A stretch of 64,000 bases of DNA from Candidatus Bathyarchaeota archaeon (GCA_963806535.1 CAWDYC010000005.1:338316-402315); one strand, 5' to 3'. Positions 10,059 through 21,023 are shown, counted from the stretch's first letter. Notes: generated by a model not told the origin, from the sequence alone. Numbers and translations: made by a program.

Positions 10059-10770
10059 AAAAAGCAAAGCTAAGGAAATTGAACAGTTTTCCACTCTACC
10101 GCTTGCAAAGAAAGAACTTGCCGTTTTCTATTTAGGAAAATCAGGTTTTCTTGCGCGAACAACAAATTCAACAGTCATAATTGATCCTGCAGGATTCCTC
10201 AAGAAAGAGGAGGTAACCAACCTAAAGGCAGTTAATTTGCTGCTCTTTACTCACAGTCACGGGGACCATTTTAATTCAGGCGCAACTCAAGCCATCTTCA
10301 AGGCAACAGCTGCTCCGATACTGGCTGAGTCTAAAGTAATCAAAAAACTAAGTGGAAAAATACCCGCAGGTAAACTTACAAGTGCCGAGTCTGGAAAAAC
10401 CTACACTTTCGGCGATATTACGGTTACAGCTATTAAGGGTACCCATCTTGGTCCAATCATGTTATACCAAGTAAGAACTGGTGATCTCATTGTTTTCCAT
10501 GGCGGTGACTCTGGATACGTAACATTGAATGCATATCCGTCTGACATCGCGTTTCTTCCAACTGGAAGACCCACGGCTTCCCCTGAAAAAGCATACAAAA
10601 TGGCGTCTGACCTTACACCCAGCTGGGCGGTTCCGATACATGGGTCCGCTAAACAGAAGCTACAGTTTGAAAGCAAAATAAAAGTAGGCATGCCCCAAAC
10701 TCACGTTCTAATTCTTGAACCCTACACAAGTGCAACCATTACGCCTAACATTAGCTGTACTAATTGTTAG
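10051..10770 (+). CDS. MBL-fold metallo-hydrolase (UlaG-like)
   Basis: THSHGDH, HGGDS, PIHG motifs. Confidence 0.85.
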   Translation: MFRKSKAKEIEQFSTLPLAKKELAVFYLGKSGFLARTTNSTVIIDPAGFLKKEEVTNLKAVNLLLFTHSHGDHFNSGATQAIFKATAAPILAESKVIKKLSGKIPAGKLTSAESGKTYTFGDITVTAIKGTHLGPIMLYQVRTGDLIVFHGGDSGYVTLNAYPSDIAFLPTGRPTASPEKAYKMASDLTPSWAVPIHGSAKQKLQFESKIKVGMPQTHVLILEPYTSATITPNISCTNC

Positions 10771-10856
10771 TGTAACTAAGTATAAATATCTGTTTTGATA
10801 TTAGTTAGTGAGACTAATGTTTAGTTCATCTAAGTGCTTTGGTGAAATAAAATGGT
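10747..10856. promoter_or_regulatory. Duplicated MarR-type promoter, copy 2
   Basis: TTAG-N5-CTAA at 10751, 10767, 10805 and 10821; ends GGTGAAATAAAATGGTA like copy 1. Confidence 0.7.
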
Positions 10857-12366
10857 ACAATACAAATGGACTGCATTAACAAACACATGCATGCGGGCGC
10901 GCAAACCAAAAGATATGTCAGCACAAACTGTTAGCGGGAAAGTTGACAAGTACCCGCTTCGAGCGCTCGTTGTGTTAACAGCAGCTACACTTCTTGTTAC
11001 CTATGTGGAGACAATGGTTCTTCCAGGGATTCCTACAATCGAAAATGATCTTTCAACATCAATCACAATCGGCGCGTGGATCACATCCATAGTCCTATTG
11101 ATTGGCGCAACAGTTTCACCCATCTTTGGCAAACTAGGCGACCTCTACGGTAAAAAGAAACTAATCATCGTAGCCTTGGTCTTCTACACGGTCGGCGTTA
11201 GTATCGCTGGCTTTTCACCAAACATTTACTTCCTCATATTTGCCCGAGCAATTCAGGGCATTGGTTTAGCTGTGATCCCACTGGCGCTCGCACTGCTCAC
11301 AGATATATTTCCAAAAGAGAAATTAGCCACAGCCCAAGGCGCTATAGCTGGCTCAGCTGCCATTAGTATGGCATTGGGATTAGTGTTGGGCGCTTATATT
11401 ATTCAGAACCTTGGCTGGCAATTTTCTTTTCACACAGCAGCTATTGTAAGCGTGATTTTATTCATAGCAGTTGTGGCGGTTCTAAAACCAGATGTTTCAC
11501 GCATTAAATGTAAAATTGATTACATAGGTGCTTTTCTTCTTGCAGTTGGAGTAGCGCTTGTTTTGCTTTATACGACAGAAGGATCGGCGTTAGGCTGGTT
11601 TTCGATTGAAGAACTCGTTTTCTTGATCTCTGGGCTAGCATTGACTATCTCTTTCTTCTACTTTGAAAGCATAGTAGATGAGCCGTTAATCTCGCTGGAT
11701 CTTCTTAAAATAAGAAACGTTCTCATTGCTAACATAATAACTATTATTGCAGGGATCCTCAATTTTCTGCTCTTCTTTGTCGTAATCGAATACTTGGAAC
11801 TTCCCCCTCCTTATGGATTGGGCCTTGACATAAGTGCAACGGGCTTAGTATTGGTGCCTGGCACAATAGTAATGCTCATCCTCGGTCCAGTAATTGGGCG
11901 TATCCTAACAAAAACGGGACCAAAACCAATATTTGCCGCAGGCGCATCCATAGCGATCCTAAGCTTCGTGCTTTTAATAGCGAACCGAGGAACCAGTACT
12001 GATGTTACTATTGGCGTCATATTTGGATTTGCAATGTTGGTCACTTTGCTCGTGCCTATCGTCAACACGATCTCTGTTTCCCTACCAAAAGAAGCCATCT
12101 CAGTTGGTCAAGGATTCAACCAAACTCTCAAGAATATTGGGAACGCATTCGGACCAGTACTAACAACGGCAATCTTGGCGACTTACACTGAGCCGATAAC
12201 TAAAATTATAGGTGGGAAATCAGTCGTTGTAGCCTCTGTTCCTTCAGCCACAGCGTTCAACATCGTCTTTGCCATAGGTATAGCATTAGCAGTAATTGTC
12301 ATCGCTCTAAGTTTAGCAATCAAAAACGGCGCTTTCAAAAAACCCTCACAGGCTGAGAAATCTTGA
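10852..12366 (+). CDS. MFS transporter, paralog of 4382..5882
   Basis: Motif A GKLGDLYGKKK and many TM segments. Confidence 0.92.
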   Translation: MVQYKWTALTNTCMRARKPKDMSAQTVSGKVDKYPLRALVVLTAATLLVTYVETMVLPGIPTIENDLSTSITIGAWITSIVLLIGATVSPIFGKLGDLYGKKKLIIVALVFYTVGVSIAGFSPNIYFLIFARAIQGIGLAVIPLALALLTDIFPKEKLATAQGAIAGSAAISMALGLVLGAYIIQNLGWQFSFHTAAIVSVILFIAVVAVLKPDVSRIKCKIDYIGAFLLAVGVALVLLYTTEGSALGWFSIEELVFLISGLALTISFFYFESIVDEPLISLDLLKIRNVLIANIITIIAGILNFLLFFVVIEYLELPPPYGLGLDISATGLVLVPGTIVMLILGPVIGRILTKTGPKPIFAAGASIAILSFVLLIANRGTSTDVTIGVIFGFAMLVTLLVPIVNTISVSLPKEAISVGQGFNQTLKNIGNAFGPVLTTAILATYTEPITKIIGGKSVVVASVPSATAFNIVFAIGIALAVIVIALSLAIKNGAFKKPSQAEKS

Positions 12367-12593
12367 AAAAAGGACGTATCGTTTTTCGCGGCTGGAACAT
12401 TCCTCTTTGTTCGGAGTGAGAGAAACCGATGGTCAGTGACACAAATGCGCAAAAGCAAGAAAAAGGAATTGACGAGATTCCCTCTTTCCCTTTTTTATCA
12501 AATATTATCGGTATAAGCTGTTGCAGTTATTTCGGTAACTCTTACACCAAGTTTACTCCAACCAAAAGAGCGTTACCCAAGGAGATTGGATCT

Positions 12594-14213
12594 ATGGCAG
12601 AAAAAGAATTTTCAGGATACAAAGTTGTTTTGACAGCTGATAGGACATTGATGAGTGAATACTCTGGAGAAATATTCTTGGGATTCAGCGCCTGTATACC
12701 CAAAGGACTCATCCCTGACAAATTGTACTTCTCATTATTCTGTCCTTCAGTTCCTATAAATAAGGATGGTTCAGTCAGGTTTGCCCCTTGCGGAACCAGA
12801 AAAATAGAAGCTACCTTACTCAACAGTGGCATCAGCAAAGAAGACATAATTGTGGCTCACCCCGACCGTCTCGACCAAGTCGTTGGCTCAAACACAAAAA
12901 TCCTATGTATAACAGAAAATGACCCTTTGGGCATGGGACCCGCCACATCTACATTCACTCAAATATTTGGTGGCGAAGCGTACATGGCGCTTAAATTTAA
13001 AGAAATACTCAACCACCCCGCCGTCAAAAAATATAGACCCCAAATAATCGTGGGCGGACCGGGCGCTTGGCAGTTGGAAGACGACGAGGCACGCAGAAGC
13101 CTTGGAGTGGATTGTGTTGTCATAGGTGAAGGCGAAAAAGTAGTAAACAAATTAGTGGATGAAGCTATTCAGGGCAATCACTTGCCAGAAGTGGTTCACG
13201 GTCCAGTTGTTGAAGAAAAAGATATAGCCCTAATCCAAAACGCAACCGTTGATGGAATAATCGAGATTGCACGTGGATGCGGACGAGGCTGTGCCTTCTG
13301 TGTACCGACGCTTCAACTCTATCGATGCCGCTCAATCGGACACATACTAAAAGAAGTTGAAGTTAACCTACAAGCAGGAAGACAACCCCTACTACATGCC
13401 GAAGACGTCCTAAGATACAAGGCTAAAGGCTTCGAGATAAACAAACCAGCCGTAAAAGAACTCTTTAGCACAGTTTACAACTACCCCGGAGTCAAGTCAG
13501 TCGGTATCAGCCACTTCGCCCTTTCCTCAGTTGCGAGCGCACCAGACTTGATTAAGGATTTATCGGAAATTTTAGAAGTAGAAAAAGCAGACGAGTGGAT
13601 GAGTGGACAATGTGGAATCGAAACCGGTAGCCCTAGACTTATCAAGGAGTTGATGGTGGGCAAAGCTAAGCCGTTTGAGCCTGAGCAGTGGCCACAAGTT
13701 GTAGTGGATGCTTTCCAAACATTAAGTGACAACAACTGGGTTCCATGCGCTACACTCATTATTGGGCTCCCAGACGAGCAGGAAGAAGATGTCCAGCTTA
13801 CCATTGACCTCATAGAGAAGCTTCATGACTACAAAAGCTTGATTGTGCCCTTGTTTATGGTAAGCGAAGGCGGATTAAAAAACAAGGCTCAATCATTCCA
13901 CATCGATCAGTTGACCAGAAAACAATCGGAGCTTTTTGTTAAGTGCTGGCAACATAATTTACATTGGAGCAAAATCTTTCTGGACGAATATAACATCACA
14001 AAAAACAGTTTTGGAACAGGTTATGGCATACGTCTCATATTAGCATACGGAATTAAACAAGCCGGTAAGCTTCTCAAAAAATGCGAAAACGACTATGACT
14101 ACAACATCCAAGCCTTCATTAAAGATGCTCGAGAAGGCAAAATCAAAGGTACACCGATACCGCTTCGCCTCATTTACAAAGTATTAAAAACGTCAAAAGG
14201 GAGTAAAAGATGA
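12594..14213 (+). CDS. Radical SAM protein with a B12-binding-like N-terminal region
   Basis: IIVGGPGAW, EIARGCGRGCAFC (CxxxCxxC); start moved to the ATG after GGAGA. Confidence 0.85.
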   Translation: MAEKEFSGYKVVLTADRTLMSEYSGEIFLGFSACIPKGLIPDKLYFSLFCPSVPINKDGSVRFAPCGTRKIEATLLNSGISKEDIIVAHPDRLDQVVGSNTKILCITENDPLGMGPATSTFTQIFGGEAYMALKFKEILNHPAVKKYRPQIIVGGPGAWQLEDDEARRSLGVDCVVIGEGEKVVNKLVDEAIQGNHLPEVVHGPVVEEKDIALIQNATVDGIIEIARGCGRGCAFCVPTLQLYRCRSIGHILKEVEVNLQAGRQPLLHAEDVLRYKAKGFEINKPAVKELFSTVYNYPGVKSVGISHFALSSVASAPDLIKDLSEILEVEKADEWMSGQCGIETGSPRLIKELMVGKAKPFEPEQWPQVVVDAFQTLSDNNWVPCATLIIGLPDEQEEDVQLTIDLIEKLHDYKSLIVPLFMVSEGGLKNKAQSFHIDQLTRKQSELFVKCWQHNLHWSKIFLDEYNITKNSFGTGYGIRLILAYGIKQAGKLLKKCENDYDYNIQAFIKDAREGKIKGTPIPLRLIYKVLKTSKGSKR

Positions 14214-14303
14214 ACCTGCGGTCAGCTTTTGCTCATAGATTGAGTGACGAGTTAATGTTAATCCCAACCTGGAACTCTAAACTGCTGAAGTCTGGGAAGG
14301 CAA

Positions 14304-14729
14304 ATGGTAAGTGACAAAACAACTCGATATGCAAACAGAAACATAAGCCCGGTTAAGTTATCTGAGTGGATAATAGAATACTTAAAGCAAGATGGATATG
14401 AGACGCAAAAGGCTGAAGGGTATCTTGAATTTATTATTCAGGCCAGAAAGGAAAGCATCCTGCAAGATTTAACTATGGTCGACCGATGCCTCACCATTCT
14501 TATTCTAGGTCAACCAGATGATTTTACGATTCGCATAGGCATTGGCAGATGGTTTCAAGGTAACCTGGAAAAGGGAACCGTTGCATCAATTATGAATCTA
14601 GTGTTTGTTAAAGTCGATATTCCAGCCGCCATTTGGAACGAAAATTTTGAGAACATCATCAAAAATATTGACAGCATAATTGAGGGCAGATGGAGAATTC
14701 AAAAGGGAGATAATTTCCTTGTCACATAA
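14304..14729 (+). CDS. Hypothetical protein
   Basis: 141-aa ORF with ATG start and ordinary composition. Confidence 0.6.
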   Translation: MVSDKTTRYANRNISPVKLSEWIIEYLKQDGYETQKAEGYLEFIIQARKESILQDLTMVDRCLTILILGQPDDFTIRIGIGRWFQGNLEKGTVASIMNLVFVKVDIPAAIWNENFENIIKNIDSIIEGRWRIQKGDNFLVT

Positions 14730-14882
14730 GAAACAATTAACTTATAGAGGGCTATTTTGGGCGCCGAGAATATTTTTCTTTGTCAATGGTCTTAAGACGG
14801 GCACGTCAAATGCATTTCTGCTAGAATCCGATGCAGAAAATGTATGTGAATCATTATCGTTTAAGTTTCGTAAACAGTGTTT

Positions 14883-15043
14883 TGTATTTTTGTTGAACTT
14901 AACTTTTTTTGAAAGCTTTTTCCCGAAAATTTTTATTTAACAACCGAATGCTCAATTTTTTATGCGAAGCAGGGACATTATTGCCTTAGCAGTAGCTCAA
15001 TTTCTTGCATGTTTGTTAAAGAGTTATTTCGTCAGCATTTCAT
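14883..15043 (+). repeat. Diverged repeat (promoter plus signal-peptide-like relic MRSRDIIALAVAQF), copy 2
   Basis: Aligns with about 7890-8030. Confidence 0.5.
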
Positions 15044-15448
15044 AAAGGTTGGACGGAAAAGAGGAAAACTTAGCAGTATAAACAGCGGTTGCTTGTCAGA
15101 GAATCCCATTGGACCTGAACTTTTCTTTTTCAGGCAACCACAGCAATTTACTGGATACCATTTATTATCCAATGGATTTTGCATGGGCTTTAGAGGACCA
15201 AAAAATTATGTCAAAAACTCATAAGGGCTTCAAATCCCAATAGTAAATCCTGCTTGAGCTTTGACTCCGAATAAAAAAGAGAATTTGCTTGCTGAGTCAA
15301 ACCAGGAAATCATTAACCATCGCTAGTTGGACCGAGAATGAGTTACCTCTTATTTTTGGAAAAAAGGTCCAATATTGGGGTCGCATTAAAAGATTTATGG
15401 CAATTCTTATAAACTAACATAATATTTAACTTCAGTGCTCCTTAAGGT

Positions 15449-15526
15449 GGGCCGGTAGCTCAGCACGGCTGGAGCGTTCGACTGATAATCGAAAGGTCGG
15501 CAGTTCAAATCCGCCTCGGCCCACCA
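15449..15526 (+). tRNA. tRNA-Ile(GAT), CCA encoded
   Basis: GGGCCGG acceptor pairing with TCGGCCC, TTCGA-CTGATAA-TCGAA anticodon arm, TTCAAAT T loop (one T-stem mismatch). Confidence 0.95.
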
Positions 15527-15620
15527 TCTAACTCGCCTTAAAATTATTTTTTGTAAAAAGAAAATTTTTTTATGCAGAATTTGGATTTGCTGAAGAATTA
15601 ATTGCGCGAAGGGTTCTAAT

Positions 15621-15705
15621 TTTTAGTCAAAGGATCAAAAACAGTCATTATTAGTCTAAAATAGTCATAAAGGGTCAGAGTTAGTCAAATTAGTCGCCTC
15701 CTATG
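15621..15705 (+). repeat. 10-bp-phased GTC array (copy E) ending at the hairpin GCCTCC-TAT-GGAGGC
   Basis: GTC at 15644, 15654, 15664, 15674, 15684 (ATC at 15634). Confidence 0.7.
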
Positions 15706-15788
15706 GAGGCAGCAAATCTGAATCAAAAACCAAACTGAGGGCAAGAATAAAAAGTAGCAAAATTTGAAGCCAATCTTTTTTTGAACAT

Positions 15789-16107
15789 GGGTCTTTTGGT
15801 GACTTTTTATGACGCGTAGTGACTTATAGTGACGCATCCTGCAACTAACCCAAACCCCAAACCAAGAAAACAATCCAAAACACAAAGAACAAATTTGCGT
15901 AAGAAAATACAGTAGAGATGCCTAAGCTTCACTTCTTGAAAGTTTACGCCATCTTCTTCCTTTTTCTCACATTTTTTTACAGATTCTCACAGATCCCTAC
16001 ATTTTCCTACATTTAAAGACGCAACCTGCAAACAAAACAAGCTCATAATCAAAAAAGCAACCCAAAACACAAACAACAAACCCACCCAAAAAACAGTCAA
16101 TAACCAG
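15789..16107 (-). repeat. Handle+decamer element, copy A (two units)
   Basis: Near-identical reverse complement of 26828-27202; arrays at 15791-15833 and 15961-16020. Confidence 0.9.
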
Positions 16108-16166
16108 TTAGATAATAAAAACCCTCTTCCTTTTTGAGATCCAAACCACTTTTAAAATTTCTTATT

Positions 16167-17132
16167 TCAAGCGGCATTTTGTTCTTCAGGTTTAGTTGTC
16201 TTCTCCTTTTTTCCTTCATTTAATTTCATTAGTGTTTTCATCATTTTTTCTTGCAGGATTTTTTCTATTGCGAAGGGTGAATGTTCATGTGGATGGGGTC
16301 CAAAGGTTGATGCATAAACTTTCGAAAACTCAGCTCCGAAAAGAATTATTAGATTTAAGATAAATATCCAAAGCAGAATGATCATAAGTGAACCTGCTGC
16401 TCCAATGATTGTTGTTACGGTGAAGGTTTGAACGTAAATTCCGAGAACGTAATTGGTGACTGTAAATGCAATGCTTGTCACGATTGCTGGTAGGATTACG
16501 TCTTGCCAGTGAATTTTGATTTCAGGAAGCACTTTGTAAATCAAGGCAAAAAGCAGAGCTGACAAACTAAAAGAGAACATTATTTGCGCTATTGTAATAA
16601 TAATAACTGTCAATGTGCCATTTATTGAATAATACTTTATTGCACTAAACAAAGGCGTCGCTATCACCGTCCAGGCTATAACAATTAATCCAAATGAGGA
16701 AACAACAAAAAACGGCCCTATTTTTTGCCCAATTCTCCATGTCAATTTTTGTTTTATCGGCAATTTTACTTCCCATATAACATCCATTGTATCACGCAGA
16801 ACAGAAAAGGCACCAATAGCGCCAGCCAAAGAAAAAGCAACTACGGTGATTGCAGTCCATACCGACGTGAAAGGCGACATTGCACCTGTGAGTAATTCCC
16901 GAAATAGACCTGCAACGGCTGGTCCAGCAAGCGAAGTTATTAGTTGTATTATCTGTTGGGTTGCTTGAGTTTGACCATAAAACTGTGCAAAAAAAGTTAT
17001 TACAATTAGCAGAAGTGATGGTAAAGGTAAAATTATGAAGAATGTTAATGCAGCTGCTCGAAGAGGTGCATTGTCTTCTTGCCAGTCTCTAAATGAAGTT
17101 TTGAATAAACTCACTGTGTCCCTTTTGTTCAT
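16167..17132 (-). CDS. YihY/virulence factor BrkB family membrane protein
   Basis: DNAPLRAAALTFF, GAAGSLMIILLWIF...LFGAEF. Confidence 0.9.
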   Translation of the reverse strand: MNKRDTVSLFKTSFRDWQEDNAPLRAAALTFFIILPLPSLLLIVITFFAQFYGQTQATQQIIQLITSLAGPAVAGLFRELLTGAMSPFTSVWTAITVVAFSLAGAIGAFSVLRDTMDVIWEVKLPIKQKLTWRIGQKIGPFFVVSSFGLIVIAWTVIATPLFSAIKYYSINGTLTVIIITIAQIMFSFSLSALLFALIYKVLPEIKIHWQDVILPAIVTSIAFTVTNYVLGIYVQTFTVTTIIGAAGSLMIILLWIFILNLIILFGAEFSKVYASTFGPHPHEHSPFAIEKILQEKMMKTLMKLNEGKKEKTTKPEEQNAA

Positions 17133-17273
17133 GGATTGACCCTGACATGCTTAAAAAGTCAGCATTCAAGCTATCAAGCATTTCTAATTGTATATCTCTA
17201 TGTGGGAGTAACCAAGCAACCACAAACTGCGTTACACTATTAAGAGCGACAAAGAATTCATAAACTGAACAGC

Positions 17274-18256
17274 ATGACACAGCTCACGCCAGAAACAATC
17301 TGGAACTTAAACGAAAAAGAACTCTTAAACTTGCTAGAATCAGACTTCTTTAAACCAAAGCATAAAGAAATCCGCTTCTATGCTCCAAGCTTCACCTACT
17401 ACAAAACAAAACATTACTGTTCTTCACCAAATAGTTTCCCAACTATTTCCGTTACAGGCACATCCTGCGCGTTAAAATGCAAACATTGCGGCGGCAAAGT
17501 TCTTGAAACTATGCATCCAGCGCTTTCACCAAAGGAACTATTTGATTTATGCACTAAGCTTAAACAGGATGGCGCTCAAGGTTGTCTTGTCAGCGGTGGA
17601 TGCTTGCCGGATGGTTCAGTTCCTCTTGATAGATTCGTGGGTGCGCTTGGGAGGATTAAACGGAGCTTGGCTTAACAGTTTTTGTCCATACAGGCATAAT
17701 TAATTTTGAAACTGCTGTTTCGCTTAAGCAAGCTGGGATTGATGCAGCGTTAATAGATATTATTGGATCAGCCGAAACGATAAAGAAAATTTACAACCTC
17801 AAAGTTTCTCCAAAAGATTATGCTGATTCGCTTAAAGCATTGGATAAAGCGGAATTACCGTTTGTGCCACATGTTATTGTCGGGTTAAACGAGGGCAGAT
17901 TAGATGGAGAACTAGAAGCGCTCAAAATGATAAGCCAAGTTAAGCCTTCTGCCATAGTAATAATAGCGTTCATGCCAATACATGATACGGACATGGCAAA
18001 TACCCCGCCGCCAAAACCAGTAGACATAGCCAAAGTCACGGCAACTGCACGACTGATGTTTCCTGAAACTCCCTTGATTTTGGGTTGCATGAGACCTAAA
18101 GGTGCAGCACGCGGCGAAACAGATGTTTTAGCGTTAAAAGCTGGGGTTGATGCAGTTGCTTTTCCAAGTGAAGATGCAATTAAATATGTGCAAAATGAAC
18201 ATTTTCAGCTTTTCTTTTTCTTCCTTCTGTTGCGCACAAATGTACTTGGATGCTAA
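17274..18256 (+). CDS. Biotin synthase-related radical SAM protein (frameshifted; true end slightly downstream)
   Basis: ISVTGTSCALKCKHC, GCLVSGG, LGCMRPKG, and CC near the end in a shifted frame. Confidence 0.8.
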
Positions 18257-18378
18257 TCAATTAAAAACACAGTCAATAAAGATATTTTATCATCATTTCC
18301 AATAAAGATTCTCGCGTCTTCAATAATCTTCGCATGTAAAAACGAAAGGTTAATTTAGGCAAGAATGGAAGTAATGCT

Positions 18379-18503
18379 GGGTTTGCCGGTCAAAGGGCAC
18401 GGGTTCCACCTGATCCCATACCGAACTCAGAAGTTAAACCGTGTTCCGTTTCCAGCTGTAGTGTGGTCTTAGGCCACGTGAACCTGGGAAAGCTGGCAGC
18501 TCA
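18379..18503 (+). rRNA. rrf: 5S rRNA, unlinked from 16S/23S
   Basis: CACCTGATCCCATACCGAACTCAGAAGTTAA core; terminal helix TGCCGGT/GCTGGCA; T-rich tail. Confidence 0.93.
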
Positions 18504-18584
18504 CTTTCTTCTAATCAAAATATAGGTAGATTTGGCATAGCTTTATAACTTACTAATTGTAGTTTTTGGGAAGTGGTGTAGAAA

Positions 18585-19688
18585 TTGAGTCTTATTCCTG
18601 GGAGCGATTCGATAACTCAGATTATTAGCTTGCTTTCTTACGTGTTCTTCATAGTTTTGATTTTCTATGGTCAAAGAATCCAAATGTACGTTATGATACG
18701 GGAAGTAGAAAATTCCCTTCATAAACTAAAGTACATAAAAGAGGAAGGGCGAAAAAATGCTATAGATGCCATAAAAGAAATTGGCAAACCAACAACTGAC
18801 CCTTCAGCTCGTGTTGACCGCTACTTAGAATACTTTACGATTGGTCCACAAAGCATGGATCCGGCAGGTATAGTGTACAAGCTTGATCACATACTTGACG
18901 TCAGAGATGAACGTTTGAAAGATGAAGTTAAACTAATGGCGCCAGCATGCGACGAAGTTCAAGTTAACAATTTAGAAAACACATTGGAAGCTGCCATGGC
19001 ATTAAACTTCATCTACAAAGTCATCCGCCACTATTACATTCAAGGCAAAAAAACTCTAAGCCTCTATGTAATAATGCAAATACAAATGATATTGCCCATG
19101 ATTATGAAAGAAGCAGAAGCATACGCAAGCGCCCTCAAAGCGTTCGCTTACGGTCAGCCAATCGGAGACGGCGCTGGACCATTAGTTGCTGCAAAACTCA
19201 TGCACGGCTACGAAGTCCGCAAGCTGCCAAAAGACTGCGTCATGGCTACCGTTCCTTTTGAAGGACGCACAGCTTTAATCATAAAAGCTGAAGGTCCAGG
19301 CGGCAACGTCGGCAAACCAGGCGATGCAGTTGAAGCTGTCATTGAAGAAAATGAAGGCAAAATTGGAATGGTTATCATGATTGATGCAGGCTTGAAGCTG
19401 GAAGGCGAAACGGTTGGCGAAGTGTCTGAAGGCATCGGCGCAGCAATCGGTGGACCAGGCGTAGATCAATTCAAGATTGAAGCCAAACTGACAAAATATC
19501 AAATTCCAATCAACGCTGTAATAGTCAAAGAAGACATAGGCGATGCAGTTTCACCAATGCGCAAAGAAATTAATGACGCAGTTGACCCAGTTATTGAACG
19601 AGTCAAAAACGTCATCTTAGAACGAACCAAAGAAGGCGACAAAGTAATCATCGTTGGGGTCGGCAACTCAATCGGAGTCGGACAATAG
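18585..19688 (+). CDS. DUF1512 family protein
   Basis: PIGDGAGP, GPGGNVGKPG, IDAGLKLEGE, GVGNSIGVGQ. Confidence 0.8.
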   Translation: MSLIPGSDSITQIISLLSYVFFIVLIFYGQRIQMYVMIREVENSLHKLKYIKEEGRKNAIDAIKEIGKPTTDPSARVDRYLEYFTIGPQSMDPAGIVYKLDHILDVRDERLKDEVKLMAPACDEVQVNNLENTLEAAMALNFIYKVIRHYYIQGKKTLSLYVIMQIQMILPMIMKEAEAYASALKAFAYGQPIGDGAGPLVAAKLMHGYEVRKLPKDCVMATVPFEGRTALIIKAEGPGGNVGKPGDAVEAVIEENEGKIGMVIMIDAGLKLEGETVGEVSEGIGAAIGGPGVDQFKIEAKLTKYQIPINAVIVKEDIGDAVSPMRKEINDAVDPVIERVKNVILERTKEGDKVIIVGVGNSIGVGQ

Positions 19689-19700
19689 GAGGATAAAACA

Positions 19701-20124
19701 ATGACAGCAAAATCAAACATCACAATCAACCAAAAAAATCTCAACTTACCTAACGATGATCGTCTTAATTGTCGTAGCGCTGTCCATAATATCGCTAATA
19801 TTAGCAGCTAACGCATACTTGAGTACGCCAAGCCAACCCTTAGCCGCTGGATTTTTGGCGATTATTGGCTTAGTCGCTTTGACAATGTCGGTGTTCACAC
19901 TCTACCAATCAAGGAGGCAAGTAGCACAAATGAAAATTGAAATCCCCAAAGTAATGACAACGGTCGAATGCAAATGCGGATCCAAAACCGTGCGAGAATT
20001 CCAACGCGGCGACTATGTCTACAAAGATCTTGACGTCCCCTGCCAAAAATGCCCAAACACAAGACAAATGATTACAGCAATATACAAAGAAGTCAAAGAA
20101 AAAGAAAAAACATACAACGTCTAA
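19701..20124 (+). CDS. Membrane protein with C-terminal Cys-pair domain (5' frameshift)
   Basis: Two TM helices, then ECKCG...REFQRGDYV...CQKC; RBS GGAGG before ATG 19701. Confidence 0.7.
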
Positions 20125-21023
20125 GTTAAAACTTCACAACCATCATCTTTCAACAGCACCGTATGCTCAGCTTGAGCAACGGGTTTTTTGCTTACTTCAA
20201 CAAATACAGGATAACCCATAACAGCTTTTGACGCAAGCAACTCTTTGAATGCCGCTTTATGTTGTTCTTTGGGAACCACGCCAATTAGCCATCGTTCAGC
20301 AAAAGGCAAGGTTCTAAAATTAGCCTCAATATATTTGAGGAGTTTTTTTGCGTATTCGTTTTTTACGGATTTTGTTTTAAGTAAACGATAAATCGTAATT
20401 TGCGGGCTATCATCGACCCGTCCAATTGCGTCAGGCAAAGTCACGAATGGCTCTATAGCGTAAACTTCACCTGTTCGAACTTTAGCAAGAGACACTTGAG
20501 CCACGTTTGGAATAGATAATCCCGCATGAATTAGGTATCTTCCAACCGAATGCCCAGTCAGGTTTGAAATGGGTTTGAAGCCACGATTTTTTATTGTCGT
20601 CTCAATTAAGCTGCCGATTTTGCCCAATGCCATGTCTCCATGAATATTCTCTATCGCTGTTTTCAACGCAAGCTCAGCGGTGGTTGTCATGCTTCTGCCT
20701 TCAGGATTAAAACTGACTGTAAACGCTGTGTCAGTAACGTAGCCGTCGACATGGACGCCTAAGTCCACCTTAACTGTGGAGCCTATCGGTATCGTTAGCT
20801 TATCATCTGGTGGTGAAGTGTAATGAGCAGCTACTTCGTTGATGCTGACGTTGCATGGAAAAGCTGGTTTACCTCCTTTTGCCCGAATTAATTCTTCGAC
20901 TTTCTCGCAGACATCAATAATTGGCATGTTTTCTTTGACGTAAGTCCTCATTTCCTCTCTTGTTTCACGAAGAATTTTGCCAGATAAACGGAATTTTTCC
21001 AGTTCTTCTTTGTCATATGGCAT
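20121..21023 (-). CDS. map: Type II methionine aminopeptidase
   Basis: AFPCNVSINEVAAHY, DLGVHVDGYVTDTA, NLTGH, AIEPF, QAEHT. Confidence 0.97.
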   Translation of the reverse strand: MPYDKEELEKFRLSGKILRETREEMRTYVKENMPIIDVCEKVEELIRAKGGKPAFPCNVSINEVAAHYTSPPDDKLTIPIGSTVKVDLGVHVDGYVTDTAFTVSFNPEGRSMTTTAELALKTAIENIHGDMALGKIGSLIETTIKNRGFKPISNLTGHSVGRYLIHAGLSIPNVAQVSLAKVRTGEVYAIEPFVTLPDAIGRVDDSPQITIYRLLKTKSVKNEYAKKLLKYIEANFRTLPFAERWLIGVVPKEQHKAAFKELLASKAVMGYPVFVEVSKKPVAQAEHTVLLKDDGCEVLT

